Source: Paraspadella gotoi
Taxonomy: Eukaryota > Animalia > Chaetognatha
DNA length: 64,000 bases
Reading direction: 5' to 3'
Assembly: GCA_051294375.1 (NCBI GenBank)
Contig: CM119266.1
Span: 12,499,705-12,563,704 of the forward strand
Part shown: one piece after another, positions 1 to 21,438 of the stretch
Numbering within the stretch: position 1 is the stretch's first letter
Layout of the letters: every line of letters starts with the position of its first letter
Notes under the pieces: model-generated
The model's database searches: none
Seen by the model: only the letters and a program-made list of their open reading frames with translations
What the model was told of the DNA's origin: nothing
Translations under genes and position numbers: made by a program

Positions 1-531
1 GATTCTGTTCCGGCGCCAAAATTGTTTTCTTATGGAGGGATGGGGAATTGTTAATCTTAAACGTCCGTTAAATTATAAATGTTTCAGACAATTGCTCTCT
101 AGTCTAGACTTAGTGTAAGATGGAAAATTGGTCTGAGATAAGAGAAGTCTATACGTAAGGACCAAGAGGTTCAATATAAACAACTTAACTATAAAATTCG
201 CATTTCAGTTGTATCTTACCTTTAAGAATCTTGACAAATAATCGTCTCTGACCTTACCAATCTTTGCAGGTACGTGGCACTTTATATTGTTTATTATATA
301 AAACACTTTTTTGTAAATAAAAAGTGTCTGGGGATGCTAGTTTCGGATTCAAATTATTTCTTTCGATGCAAATTTAAAAATCTTATCAATTCTTTTTTTT
401 TCAGTTCTCCTTGGGAAAAAAACAGCCGAAGGAGATGAATAAATATTCATGAGATCACGATAGGGAGACAAAGGAGACGGAGAGAGAGTGGGAAAGAAAT
501 AAAAAAGAAAGAGAGAGCGAGAAGGACAGAG

Positions 532-589
<58 letters not shown>

Positions 590-1070
590 AGAGGAGAGAG
601 AGAGAGAGAGAGAGAGTTGATTCGTAATCAGCAACAATGTACCCCAGGACTCTTTTTTATTTTGTCATTGAAAAGTGAACGTTGCGAATCCAACAAAAAA
701 AAAAGAGAAAAAAAAATTCTAATTGAAAAACACAGAAAGAAAATAAAACAGTCGGACGTTGATCGTTATCTCGAGTTTAGTCAAATTGAGTCGAATCCAG
801 ACAGGGAACTTTTTAAATTATCTACCATCATTAACACGATGAACCCGATTAAACCCAATTTCGATAATAGTCTTTCCTAAAAATAATTAGGGCAATTATC
901 ACAATACACTTTGAGATATGTGAAAAAATTGATGATCGAGTCGTCCTTGACATTGGGTCATCCTCTGTGATTCTACAGTTAACCTTTTAACCCACCTCCC
1001 CCCTCACCTCGGTCACTTCCATCAAGTTCCACGTCGGCTCCACATCTTCGCTTCGATACACTTCTTTTTC

Positions 1071-1146
<76 letters not shown>

Positions 1147-1176
1147 TCGCGCGAAAAAAAAAAAACCCCGGCTCCG

Positions 1177-1190
1177 GTAACCATGGAAAC
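1177..1190. promoter_or_regulatory. RFX X-box motif GTAACCATGGAAAC
   Basis: Exact match to the GTHNYY-AT-RRNAAC X-box consensus; function untested. Confidence 0.45.
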
Positions 1191-1772
1191 CAAGGGACCG
1201 TGAGAAGATCGTGAGACCGTGAGAGAAGATCCGATGAAACATGAACCCGAGTTCCGACGGCGGAACCATCAACGCGGCGTCCGCGATAACGAGTTGAGGG
1301 GTTTTGAGAGAGGGGGGAGTGGGGGGGGCGTGGGAGTTTGACTGTGGTTTTAGATCGCGAAGGGATCGAATTGAAACTTTGAGCAGTTCACGAGGGCACA
1401 GGGGCTTTTTTTTCACGAGGACTGGTTTCCGGAATGAGATTCACGAAGAGGGTCGGGTCTCTGTGAAGTTTGCGAAGGAAAGGTTTTTTCGGGGTGAGGA
1501 CCGAGGAGAAAGTTCACCAATGTTGTGGTTGGGTGAGGAGAACGGGACGGAATTGAGGGGGAGAACGTTGAGAAGGATTCGAGTCGTTGTGACCAAGAAA
1601 CTTAATCTACTTAAAATAGAAGATGAAGTTATGTATGTGAACATAAAGACCGGAGGCTTGATCGTTATTTCAACCCGTTTATGTACAGGGTCGGGTCCAA
1701 GTTCGAAAGTTCAACTTTATGCTACTGAGCTCGTTATCATAGTTACTTCTCAACATTTTATTTTACTTCGAA

Positions 1773-10420
<8,648 letters not shown>

Positions 10421-10449
<29 letters not shown>

Positions 10450-11858
10450 CTTTTAATTCTCTCAAAAAAATTCCTTTTTTCCTCTTATTACTAAATCGAT
10501 TTTCAATGCAACTTTTTGAATTAGTTCATTGGGTTGTTGCACTGAAGCTTTTAATATTTATTAATATATAACAAATGACAAAAATTTTTTTAAAAAATTA
10601 GTTTTTAAGAACGGATTCTATAAAGCTTGAAAAGTTAAATGAAAGTTAGTACTACAATTTTTTTAAATTTTGATAAGAAATTGGTTAAACAGAAAAAACG
10701 TTAAAAAATCATCATCATCATCATCATTGGCTGAATTTTATAGTTTTTTAAAATTTTTTATCATAAAACAAAACAATTTAAAAATTTGTGTTAAGAAAAG
10801 GGTCATTCAATTCAACTTCAAAATAGGCCAAAATGGAGTACAAATTCGAAAGCTGAGCTCCTGGCGATTCCGAAAATGTATTCACTTTAAAACATTTGAT
10901 GCAATCTACCACCTTTTATATCGGGTTTTAATTATAATATAAGAATAAAAAGAAACCTATCTGAAGAGTTGCAGGTTCAAACGAAAAGGCCAATCCATCT
11001 GATATTTTTTTATGAATTTTTTATTACTGAATAAGAAAAATGTAATAGAAGAGACATTTTTAAATTCAACTTGTATCTTGAAAATGAAACGTTTTTAAAC
11101 TTTAAAACCCTGAATTCTTTCTAACTGGAACGCATTTAAAAATGTCTCTCTATTACATTTTTACAAATGTTTTTAAGATTGCTAATCAAATTTTTAATTC
11201 AATATTATTGCAGTCGTCTAGGCTGCAACTCTCAAATTCAGTGTAATTCATTGTAGCTCGAATTTATTTACCATCTATTTAACTGAAGATTTTTGTTCAT
11301 GACTGGAAAACCACAGAGTAAACGAGATTAATTGTTTTAATTCTCCCCTTCTAAACTAACCCATACCGTGTTTTAAATTCTTACCTAGAATTTTTTAACA
11401 AACAGGATTGAAAAACAAATCTTTAAAAAATGTGCTTACCCATTTAAACTTAACAATTTTCTTATTTACTGATTAAAAAAAAATATTTAAAACACAATGT
11501 TGACATATAAAATAAAACTTTTTTTTGGTGATTACTGGTGATTACGATGTATTTATCAAATGTATTAGCTCTAATTACATCAATGATTACGTATTGTTAT
11601 GGCTGAATGACCTTTCCTCTTAATAACCTTTATCTAACTTTTAAAGCTCTATCAGAATCCATTAAAAAAAATTGAAAAATTCAAAAAAAATTTTTAACTT
11701 TATATAGTAATAAATATAATCTTTAAATGCTTCCGTGCGCTTATTAATAAGATAATTTTTAAAAATTATTTTTTTTTTTATTTTCATATTCTCTAACAGT
11801 CACTTTATCAATTATTTATTTGAGAGAACTAACTTCTAGTTTTCAACCTGTTCCGGCC
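10421..11858. mobile_element. 1.44-kb palindromic (foldback) non-autonomous DNA transposon, PIF/Harbinger-like
   Basis: TAA|GGCGGGCC...CCGGCC|TAA (3-bp TAA TSD). Nested mirror pairs: ggattctataaagcttgaaaagtta (~10613) with taacttttaaagctctatcagaatcc (~11635); agagttgcag (~10966) with ctgcaactct (~11223); aaaatgtaatagaagagacatttttaaat (~11037) with atttaaaaatgtctctctattacatttt (~11134). Confidence 0.8.
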
Positions 11859-11884
11859 TAATGAATATATAAAGCAAAAATAAA

Positions 11885-12150
11885 ACTCCGCCGCCCAATC
11901 AAGATTTTGGTTTTTTTTTTTTTTTCACTCGAATGTAAAACGAAGACAAAAACTGACTTCGCTTCAACTTTTCATGAGAACCAATCGGCTGAGAAAGATT
12001 CACTATCAATCGGCCAAAAACATGCGGGAAAGAAGCCCGAACTCGAGACGGCAATCCCGGTTACGTAAATCTCAATCCACGAGCTACAATATCGAATTTC
12101 GAAGAAAAAAAGAGTTGAATGTCGCTAAAGTTGGCATGGAAACGCGGGTG
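11885..12150. promoter_or_regulatory. Promoter-like motif cluster (GC box + CCAAT boxes + near X-box)
   Basis: CCGCCCAATC at 11891-11900, CCAATC at 11981 and GTTGGCATGGAAAC at 12130-12143. No transcript evidence. Confidence 0.3.
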
Positions 12151-13865
12151 CTGTTTCTCTCTCCCCCCCCCTCCGTTTGCCAAAGTTAAAAAAAATCTAG
12201 AGGGGGGGGGAATGTTTTGAGTTCTGGCCGCTCGAAACGCCGCCTACGGAAAATAACATTTCGAATTTTCGAGAAACTGATTTTTTTTTTAAACCGCCAT
12301 ATTTTATGTCGTCGTCGTTGTTGTTGTCATTGTGGTTCTAGGGCGGTCAGAACAACGTTATTAGTTCGTCAGCATCCAAAGAATCTGCGGGTATTCTACC
12401 AAGTTTATCGAAAACTCAACTTTTCGAGCCCCCCCCAAAAAAAAAATCTCTCAAATCAAATCAAATTCACTCGTCATTTTCCGCCAATTGATCCCGATCC
12501 AGCGACCAGTCGAAAACTTATAACTCACCGATAACAACTTCGGCTCACCTAATCGAGTGCACGTGCCTCCCGCCCTTCCCCTTACCCTTCCTTCCTCCTC
12601 GAACCCCCCCCCCCCGCCCACCTCAACTTCCCATTTTCCCATGGGCGGGCGGATTACTCAGATTTTTTTTTCGTCCTTTGGCATGTAGCAGCAACTAGGT
12701 TATATTTTCCCCCGATTTTTTTTTCTTTTCCTTTATTTCCTTTATTATTTTTTTCCTTTTTCTTTCCTTTTTTTTTCGGTATCGGGTTTTCGGACCCGAT
12801 TTCTCTTCGACTCTTTGGCTTTCGCCACGGAAGTCAGAAGAGGGGGGTGGGGTTAAGGGGAGTGGTATGCGGGTGGTTGTAGAGTGGGGGTTGTTAAGAG
12901 GGTTTAGGTAAAAGATGTGGAGGAAGTTGAGAAGGGAAAACCGATCTGGAAATCGCGGGTACTCCGATTTATGTGATTTCCGACTTTTCCAGGGTCACTT
13001 CATATCCAATATAATTTATAAAATGTACTTCGAATTTCCTTAACACGTTTTCGAAATACATTATGCATTACTAACATCGTCGATATATTTTTCGAAAGTC
13101 CTTCGAAACATCTCGATATGAATTCAGCGCTGCATTAAGATGGCGCCGCAATTTGTGGACTTTCTTAATTTCAAATTTTGCTAAAAATAATACATAATTT
13201 ATTTATCAAATATAAATCTTAACTGTGACACAAAATTATGCAATTAATTTGCAAAGAGGTAAGTATCCTACAAAACAAATTGGTGAGGAAACCCCCGTAG
13301 CCTCTGGGTCACCGGGTGGGAGTCTCGGTTTGCAACCGCTCGGGGTCAGGTGACTGGGGGAAACTCCTGAGTTGTTAAGAGATCTTTTTCTCTCTCTCCT
13401 CCAATTTGCGTTTCCGCGCGCCAAAAAAGAAACAAGAACGGTAATTCAAATGTGTTGCGCCGCAGTGACTTTCTTTTCACATGTATTTATGACATGCATT
13501 GCATCTGAATCTTGTCTTTTATTCTTTAAAGTTTTAAGATTTCCTAAAGACGGCGTTAGCAGTAACTTAGATTTGAGGTTTTTTCCTGCCTGAACAAATG
13601 AGCAATTATATGTATATTTAATGTAAGTGTCACAGACCGACGGACAAACATACAGACCGACAGACCGACCGAAAAGTGACTTATAGAGTTGCTCCGCGGC
13701 GCAACTAAAAAGAGAGAAAGAGAGAGAAAAAAATAGCTGAAAACCATTTATTTGGATCGAGTTTTGTTTACTTTCGCTTTAACTGGATTCACAACAAAGG
13801 GAGTAAAGGGTCTTCTCTCACTCTCGTCGCAGTTGGAATGTGAAAGAGTCTCTCACTCTCTCTCA

Positions 13866-13947
<82 letters not shown>

Positions 13948-15018
13948 CCAGACGGACATCCTCACCCGCCGTTCGCTTCTTTCTTTTCCTCTCAAACTCT
14001 TATTTAACGACGAAGATCAATCTTTTGTTTTAGTCTCGATGCGGAAGACACCAGGAGGCGCTTTCTGGTCGATCGATCAGCCCAGATGTTATTTTGTTTA
14101 TACGTATTTGTATAATTAGAATAATTTATCTTTATAGTCAAAATTATTTATTCGAATATCCCTAAGAGCTACCCGTTAACAATTTTAAAAAATCTACGAC
14201 CCTTTTGTTTTCGGTCGTCGCCGTCAAATGCCGATCCTACAGGTCCCTATCGACACGGCCGTCCATTATCGACGACGACTTACCACTCCGCAATAAGCTA
14301 CCAGCGCCACCGGTCACCTCCGAAACGGATGTTCAATCCCGATATGCCCAACGACGCCGTCAAGAATCAAGATTCGACTTCTCGTCCCGAAATCGGATCA
14401 ACGTCGCCTTCGTCGCTTCCGTTCTCCGCTCACGCCGCTATCTTCAAAGCTGCCCCCACCACGCCTCCCTCTCCGACCCACTCCCCAACCGCTTCCCAAC
14501 TCTCCCGTCAGATTTAAACTCTTGTGACTGAAATTTCGGTCGGAATTCGTCGATTCGACGGTCGACAGTGAATCGCGGGTGATTGGAGTGAAACGGAAAT
14601 ACGGAGACAAAGATGGCGTTGGGAGAAAGAAGGAAAATGATGAGGCACGTCGTAGAGGGCGCAAGAGGTAGAGAGGGCGCGGATCCCGATTTAGATTAAG
14701 ACAAGGATGGTGGTGGGGGAGGGAGATAATCGGGTGCATGAGAGAGTAAGTGATGCGAAAAAGGAAAAACAGAAAGGAAGTAACCGTAAGCGTCGAAATT
14801 CAGTTTGGGGAGGTGGGGGGGAAACCAAGATGGCGGAAAAAGGAAAAACAGTCTGGAGACGAAACTTGATTAAAGAATGAAGTCTTTCTAGCCACTCCAT
14901 AGGATTGTCGCAAGAAAGGAATAAATTTATAAATCAAGGCCAATTCGCCACTAAACGTCAAATAAGGAAAGACTGTCACACTCAATTCAATCTTTCTCTT
15001 TCAATCGCTGGAATATCT

Positions 15019-15150
<132 letters not shown>

Positions 15151-15993
15151 TTTTATCTATCCCTCTCTCCCTTTCCTCCGTCAGAATGTTTTTTACTTTG
15201 TCTTTTTTTGACTTTTTTGCTTCTTTTATCTTGGGACTCGGAAAAAAAAAGTGAAAATAGGCTTTATAAGACACAAGAGCTTTGAAAAAAACATCAACGT
15301 CTTTTCCGACATCAACGGCTCTGGCATCTGCGTTTTCCCTGACGTTTTACGATTGCGCAACGATTGTAATGCGAACTCAAAAAGTTGAAACTTGTTGGGG
15401 AGAAAAAAAAGAAATTTCTATTTTTTTTTTCTTTCCCCGAAGAATATTTCTGCATAAATTTTTTTCCTCCCAACAGTAGAGAAATTTTTTTTGTTCGTTT
15501 CTCATTCATATCACAAGCATTGATTTGTTTTAATTATTATTTCAACGAATACCGAACTGGCGATAAGCGTTCCAAACCCGCGACAAAAATGGTGATCCAA
15601 TTTTCGAGGACAAAAATAATCAAATTCGTAGCGAGATTTTTTTATGCGGGAAATCTCCTCCTTTTTCTGTCGTTTTAATCGAAAATTTCTGAGCTCAATA
15701 AAACAAAACACGGATTGTTGGCGTCGAGAGATTCGAATTTTTTGTATCCTTTTTCGAATGCTTGGGATAATTAAATAAAAAATAAAAATCCTAAAAACCA
15801 AATTATTTATAAAGCCACATACGTACTTTAAACTAAGTATTGTCTCCAAACATTTCTTTGCAAACAAATTTTAGGAGCTTTTGTTTCCGTAAACCTTTTT
15901 AATTAAAAATAAAGATAATAAAAAATTCATTAGTTAGGAAAAACGAAACGTAATTATCATCTAAAGACAGGTCTTGTTGACAGCAACTGTCAA

Positions 15994-16030
<37 letters not shown>

Positions 16031-16059
16031 CATTGAAAGATTGAATAAACAATAATAAA

Positions 16060-17280
16060 AAACAATGTAATGGGAGAAATCTTTTTAACGTTCGACGAAC
16101 CAAGTTTCCGTGATAAGGGAGAAAATTGATTCAAATAGATTAACCCAATTTATGTGTGAGAAAAATGATCTGATCAAAGATTTTGGAAAACGTGGAAAAA
16201 TATACAAGGAAATGAACTCTGATGTTAATATCATTTGATTCAATTACTGACAAGTCTAAATTTGTTATCATTTTGCGCTCACACTTTAAAAGTATTTATG
16301 ATTGCCATTTCTGCATCCATTATTAAATGAAAAATTTAACAAGATTCATTAAGAACGAGATATAACTTATGAATCCCAAAACATTGTAATGATTCTATTA
16401 ACGGTTACTATTTGTCTTGGAATGATATTTTGACGCTAGCACTAAAATAAAGGGCTGGAAAAAGTACTGCAGAGTTGTTGTTAGACGCAGCAATAAGGTT
16501 AGTGCACCTTCACAATTGTTGTTACATCTCCAAAATTTTATTAATTGTTGATTCATTTGCCGTCACACTGTTAAAAGTTATATTATGATGATTTTGATCC
16601 ATTATTAAATGAAAATTTAAAAGATTCAATTTAAGAACGAGCTATTTAACTTATGAATCCAACATTGTAGATGCATTCTATTAAGCGGTTACTAGTGTCT
16701 TGGAATGATATTTTAGACGCAAGCATCTGAAAATAAAGGCTGGAAAAGTACTGCCAGATTTTGTTAGACGGAGCATATAATTTATGCACCTTCACAAATT
16801 GTTGACATCTCCAAATTTTATGTAATGGAACTTATACAGCACGGTTATGTTGGTAATGATTTTTTGTCTGGAGTTATGTTCCTATAGTAAAAGACTATAG
16901 TGGTGAATTATTTACAGTGCTAAAAATTATAGAGGAATAACTTAAGTTCTGTTTTTAGTCAAATGTTTGAACATGTCTACTTAATGAAAATCGGACACTA
17001 ATTTGGAGTCTGTTGACCTTCAGTATTGGTTACAAAAAAATCATTCTTACTCTCATGGCTGTTTTTGTCATGAAGGATGTCGTAATCATTTTTTGCAAAA
17101 TGGTTCTGGGGTGTTTGCTACATTCATGGATTGCGCTCAAAAGCGCATTTGAAAGGTAACCATAATGGTTTATTTCTAAACTGCATAAAGAGGAAACAAT
17201 TTCCCTTATGTTTTTCTACGACTTATTACTTACTGGTACCTGTAATCTCCGCCAGTAGGTGTTAGATTAAGGGCCAAGTA
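16060..17280 (+). mobile_element. Decayed non-LTR retrotransposon ORF2, 5' part (pre-RT and N-terminal RT motifs)
   Basis: Frameshifted but recognisable peptides: FWKTWK-like, KAGKS, FLSGVMFPIVKD, NYRGITLSSVFSQMFEHV, HGCFCH/SHAVFVMKDVV-like, VFATFMDC..KAFE.V.HNGLFLKL, IYWY. These are typical LINE RT domain 0-3 motifs. Confidence 0.85.
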
Positions 17281-19157
17281 TGTCATCCTTCAGAATCGCC
17301 TCCCCCGGGGGCGCTCTAAGGGGCGGCCCTCGCTGGTGAGCACCCGCGGGACGGCCCCGGGGGCCAAGAAATTGCTTTACTGCCTGGGCGCGGCCCCTGC
17401 TAGCCTCTTTTTTTGGGCCCCAAGGGGCCACTCCAGGGCGCGAATCCCCCAGCGTGGCTAGAAAAACCTTTCCCTGGGGGCACCCCCAGGGAATGAATTT
17501 GCCTGCCCCCTGGAACGGCTCTCTCTCCCTCCTATTTCTTCTCTCTCTCCTCACTGTTCTTTCTCTCTTCTCTATCTACTTTTCTTTTTTCATCTTTTAT
17601 TAAAATAAATTATAAACATAAAAATAATATATTTCACTTCAATTAATCAATTACCAATATGCAAATCTTGGTGCAACTGTGCATGTCCAAATGAACATAA
17701 TTTGGTCAACTGACTAATTTGGACAACTGATAATAATTGGTCAACTTTTAAAATTTTGTAACTTTATAATTTGGTCAATTTTGTATAATTTGGTCACTTC
17801 ACTAATTTGGGCTCAACTTTCACAATTGTCACTTTCACAATTTGGTCAACTGACATAATTAGTAATTTTTTATAATTTAGTCAACTTGCATAATCTGGTT
17901 AACCTTTATAATTTGCGTCAAGCTGACATAATTGACGTCAACTGATATAATATTGGTCAACTGTTCAGAATTGGTAAACTTTTATAAATTTGCGTAAACT
18001 TTTTAATTTGGGTAAACTTTTCATAAATTATGCGTCAACTGCATAATTTGGTCAACTGTCTATAATTGGGTTCAACTGCGTATATTGGTCAACTTGCGTA
18101 ATTTGGTCAAAACAATCAACTTAACAATTAGCTAATTATTAAATTTCATTCTGTAAAAAATAAAAAAAGGAGAAAGAGTGGAGGAAATTTTTTTAATAAA
18201 AATTGCAAGTAAATGTGACTTTTGTTTTTCTATTAAAACTCACTTGGCACTACTTTTCTACCCACACACAAAATTTTATTTTAATTCATGTCTATGAAAT
18301 TTGAAATTAGTTCAGAAGAAATAGTAGGATGCGTTTTATTTGTTTATAATTCAGCTTATACAAAAAAATTAATTAATTAATTAATTAATTAATTAATTAT
18401 TAATATCAGTCTTTAAGTCCGTCCCACATTAGGCCATTAAACTCAAAATTATTCATGATTAGATATACTGGATTGGGAATAAATCTTGTTAGTGGGGTAG
18501 AAAAGCTGTGTGACGTTGAGCTAGATCATAAAGTTTTGCTCACTTTCTCTCTTCAACCAGTCAGCGCCTTTCCTCAACAACGTGAGTCTCATCTGAGTCA
18601 ATCTACCAAACTGACAATATTAAGTGACAAATGCTTAAATGAAAAAAATCATTTCACTCGTTAACAATAATTTGAAAAAAAAAATGTCATTATTTTTAAT
18701 TACATAAAACAAGTCTTGAAAGATAGCAGAGCAGAGAAATGATTAGAGAGCAGAGAAAGAAATCAGAACAGACAAGGAGAAAAAGAAAAAGATAAAAAAA
18801 AAGAGAGAGAAGAGAGATAAAGTGGGTGAGAGAAAGAGAGAAAGACGAGAGTTAACAGACAGGAGAATATTCTTAGTACAATAACATTGTCCAGAAAGTA
18901 TACTTTCTTATCGTAAACTTTGCTCTCTCCTTAACCTCCGCCCTGCGGGGAGCACTTTTTTGCTCCCCAAGGGTACCCCCAGGGCAACTGATTTTTTGCC
19001 CCAGGGGCCCCCCAGGGGGGTTCCCCTGGGGCAAACATTTTGGGTCTATTAGGGCGCCCCCTCAATGACCACTCTTTGCTGCTCCCCCTGGAATCGTCTG
19101 CCCCCTGGGGCCGCCCATAGAGCCGCCCGCGCGGGGTCGGAGGATTTCGGAATGACA
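17281..19157. mobile_element. Non-autonomous inverted-repeat DNA element inserted in the LINE RT
   Basis: Left end TGTCATCC...CCCCGGGGGCGCTCTAAGGGCGGCCC resembles the reverse complement of the right end TGTCATTCC...CCCCGCGCGGGCGGCTCTATGGGCGGCCCC. Both ~230-bp GC-rich ends carry many CCCC(A/T)GGGG-type motifs. AT-rich interior with no ORF. No clean TSD seen. Confidence 0.65.
17690..18110. repeat. Degenerate ~20-bp minisatellite (core ATAATTTGGTCAACT) inside the inverted-repeat element
   Basis: About twenty diverged copies of ataatttggtcaac-like units in tandem. Confidence 0.9.
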
Positions 19158-19170
19158 ATATCTCATTGAA

Positions 19171-19817
19171 GGCGTAGTAAAATTTCTTAAAATTTAACTT
19201 TAATTAAAATTCTAAAAGTGAGGATACGAACAACATCTATACTAATCGACATTTATGTAATAAAAAAATTTAAAACTAAATTTCAATTTTACGCAGTAGG
19301 CCATCAATTTATACCTAGTACTTAACAATAAATGTTAAAATTTCAAAACAGTTTTCTCTAAGATGTTTTTTTGCAATTGTACGATTCCTCAACAAAAGTT
19401 GATAAAAAGAAAATATAACTCTTTTTGAAAAATTCCTTCATTAAAGCATAGCTAAAAATTAGAAAAAGCTATATTTTAAGCTGAAATTACTTTTATATAT
19501 ATTAAATATAGTTTTTTTATATTTTTAACGGACCACTTAATCGAAAGAATTTTAAAAATGATTTATATTTTCTTTGTATATGCAACTTTTGACGAGGGAA
19601 TTCAAATCTGCGCAACTCAAAAGTTAAGAAAGCCTATTTTGAAATTTTTCGATTTATATAAGGATTTTCTATACTATGGTATAATATAAGCTTCTATCTG
19701 CGAAAATTAAAAAACAAAAAATAATTTTTTTTTAGCAAAATTAATGTTCACTGATGGTTATGTTGTTCATGCCAATATGACTTTTAGAATTTCGTATGTA
19801 AACTTTTCACTACGGCC
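19171..19817. mobile_element. Foldback MITE, probably PIF/Harbinger-like
   Basis: Terminal GGCGTAGTAAAA versus reverse complement GGCCGTAGTGAAAA. Long internal arms: ttcctcaacaaaagttgataaaaagaaaatataa (~19385) mirrors ttatattttctttgtatatgcaacttttgacgagggaa (~19563). TSD degenerate. Confidence 0.7.
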
Positions 19818-19843
19818 TATGAGTGTAAGAGGTCTGACATCTT

Positions 19844-20745
19844 TCAGATTATTTCTCTATTGTTTTCTGGGGTTCGTCAGAGGTGGTATTTTAAGTCCCT
19901 ATCTGTGGGCAGTTAACGTTGATGACTTGATAATTCAATATACGAAAATCTGGTTTTGTTGCCATATAGATCATTTATTTGCTGCTAGCATTTTTTACGC
20001 TGACGATATAGCTTCGTTATCTCCAACAATTTTCTGGTATGAAAAAAATGATTGATATATGTGCTAACTATAGTAGTAGCAATGCTTTTAGTTTTAATTT
20101 TATGAAAACAAAAACAATGTATTTTGGCAAACAAAAGTATTGTATCAAAAAGATTCTTTACTAATTAAAGGAAATATCATTGAATTCGTAGACCATGGAA
20201 ATATCTCGTTTTAATCTTAGTAAATGAAAAGACATTTGTCTTTGACCCATTATCTGAGGTTATCCTCTTTCTACCGCTCTAGCAATTGTCTCCTTAATTC
20301 CTTATATAAACCCTCAGAAGAATTTTAATGCGTTTGTACTACACCAATTGTGTCACAATACTTACGTAAGGAAGTGAAGTGAAAGAGTATCTTGCAAAAG
20401 ATATGACCAAAGTAAATGTAGCAATAAATGATGGCATTAGAAAATTTTTGGTTGGAATAGATGGGAGAGTGTACGATCATTAAGTCCTCATTTGGATATA
20501 ATGATATCTATAAAATTTTTGCTTGTAGATCAAAAAACTTTGAATCCAAGCTTTTTTCCTCTAGAAACAATATTCTAAAATCTTGTCAGCTTATTTGTTG
20601 ATTTTTTTCTTTTTTTTTCGTTCTGTTAATTTAAATATTTATATTTTGTTGAATTGTTAAACTGTACATTTATGCGTTTATCTGTAATGCTGTATGCCCT
20701 TTTGAATGTACTGTTTCAACTAATTGTTGTAAACGAATAAAACAC
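19844..20745 (+). mobile_element. Decayed non-LTR retrotransposon ORF2, 3' part with 3' UTR
   Basis: SDYFSIV.GVRQ/GGILSPYLWAVNVDDL, IFYADDI (catalytic YADD), FNFMKTKTMYFG, then an AT-rich tail with AATAAA near 20736. Continues the element interrupted at 17280. The motif style resembles RTEX-like clades (inference). Confidence 0.88.
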
Positions 20746-21019
20746 ATATTAAAAACTCCGATCCCTCTCACAACTCTCTCTTTCTCTCTCACTGCTCACA
20801 GCTCGGCGTTCTTCCCTCCTAACGACATCTCGTCTCCAATATTTCACGCGAATTTCTACGCTTTCACGACTGCACACTTCAGCTCCGTTTTACTCCAATT
20901 TTCCCCACAAAATCTATTTTTTTATTCTTAAATCATTACCTCATTATTGATGGGGGATTACTGAGATAGAGAGAGACTGGATAGAGAGAGCTGAGCATGG
21001 GGATGAGAGAGAGAGAGAA

Positions 21020-21053
<34 letters not shown>

Positions 21054-21065
21054 AGGAGAGAGCAG

Positions 21066-21101
<36 letters not shown>

Positions 21102-21375
21102 TAGAGGAGTATCTACATTAAAATTTTTTTAAACTCAATGAGAGTGGAAGAGAAGAAGGTTTTTGATTGCTTTGAATCTGGAGATTGCGAACAACGTAGA
21201 GAAAAAATTTTAAAAATAAAAAAATAAATCAAAATTTCAAGTAAAAATTAGTTATTTATTNNNNNNNNNNNNNNNNNNNNNNNNNTTCCATTTTCTTTAA
21301 AAAAAATTGCTGAGACAAAAAAAGGCGTTTTACGGAAAAGTCAATTAACGGAGGTTTTATTGAAAATTCTCTCTC

Positions 21376-21438
<63 letters not shown>

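Noticed and set aside
979-1644. Minus-strand ORFs as a protein gene or stop-codon readthrough/alternative genetic code
   Set aside because: No recognisable family, stops of different types in all frames, and the 59-62 kb gene reads normally with the standard code.
16260-16820. ~285-bp internal tandem duplication in the LINE
   Set aside because: Both copies are indel-ridden like raw long-read sequence; cannot be distinguished from an assembly artefact.
17690-18110. ATAATTTGGTCAAC repeats as a CRISPR array
   Set aside because: Period is only ~20 bp with degenerate units and no unique spacers; lies inside a transposon-like element.
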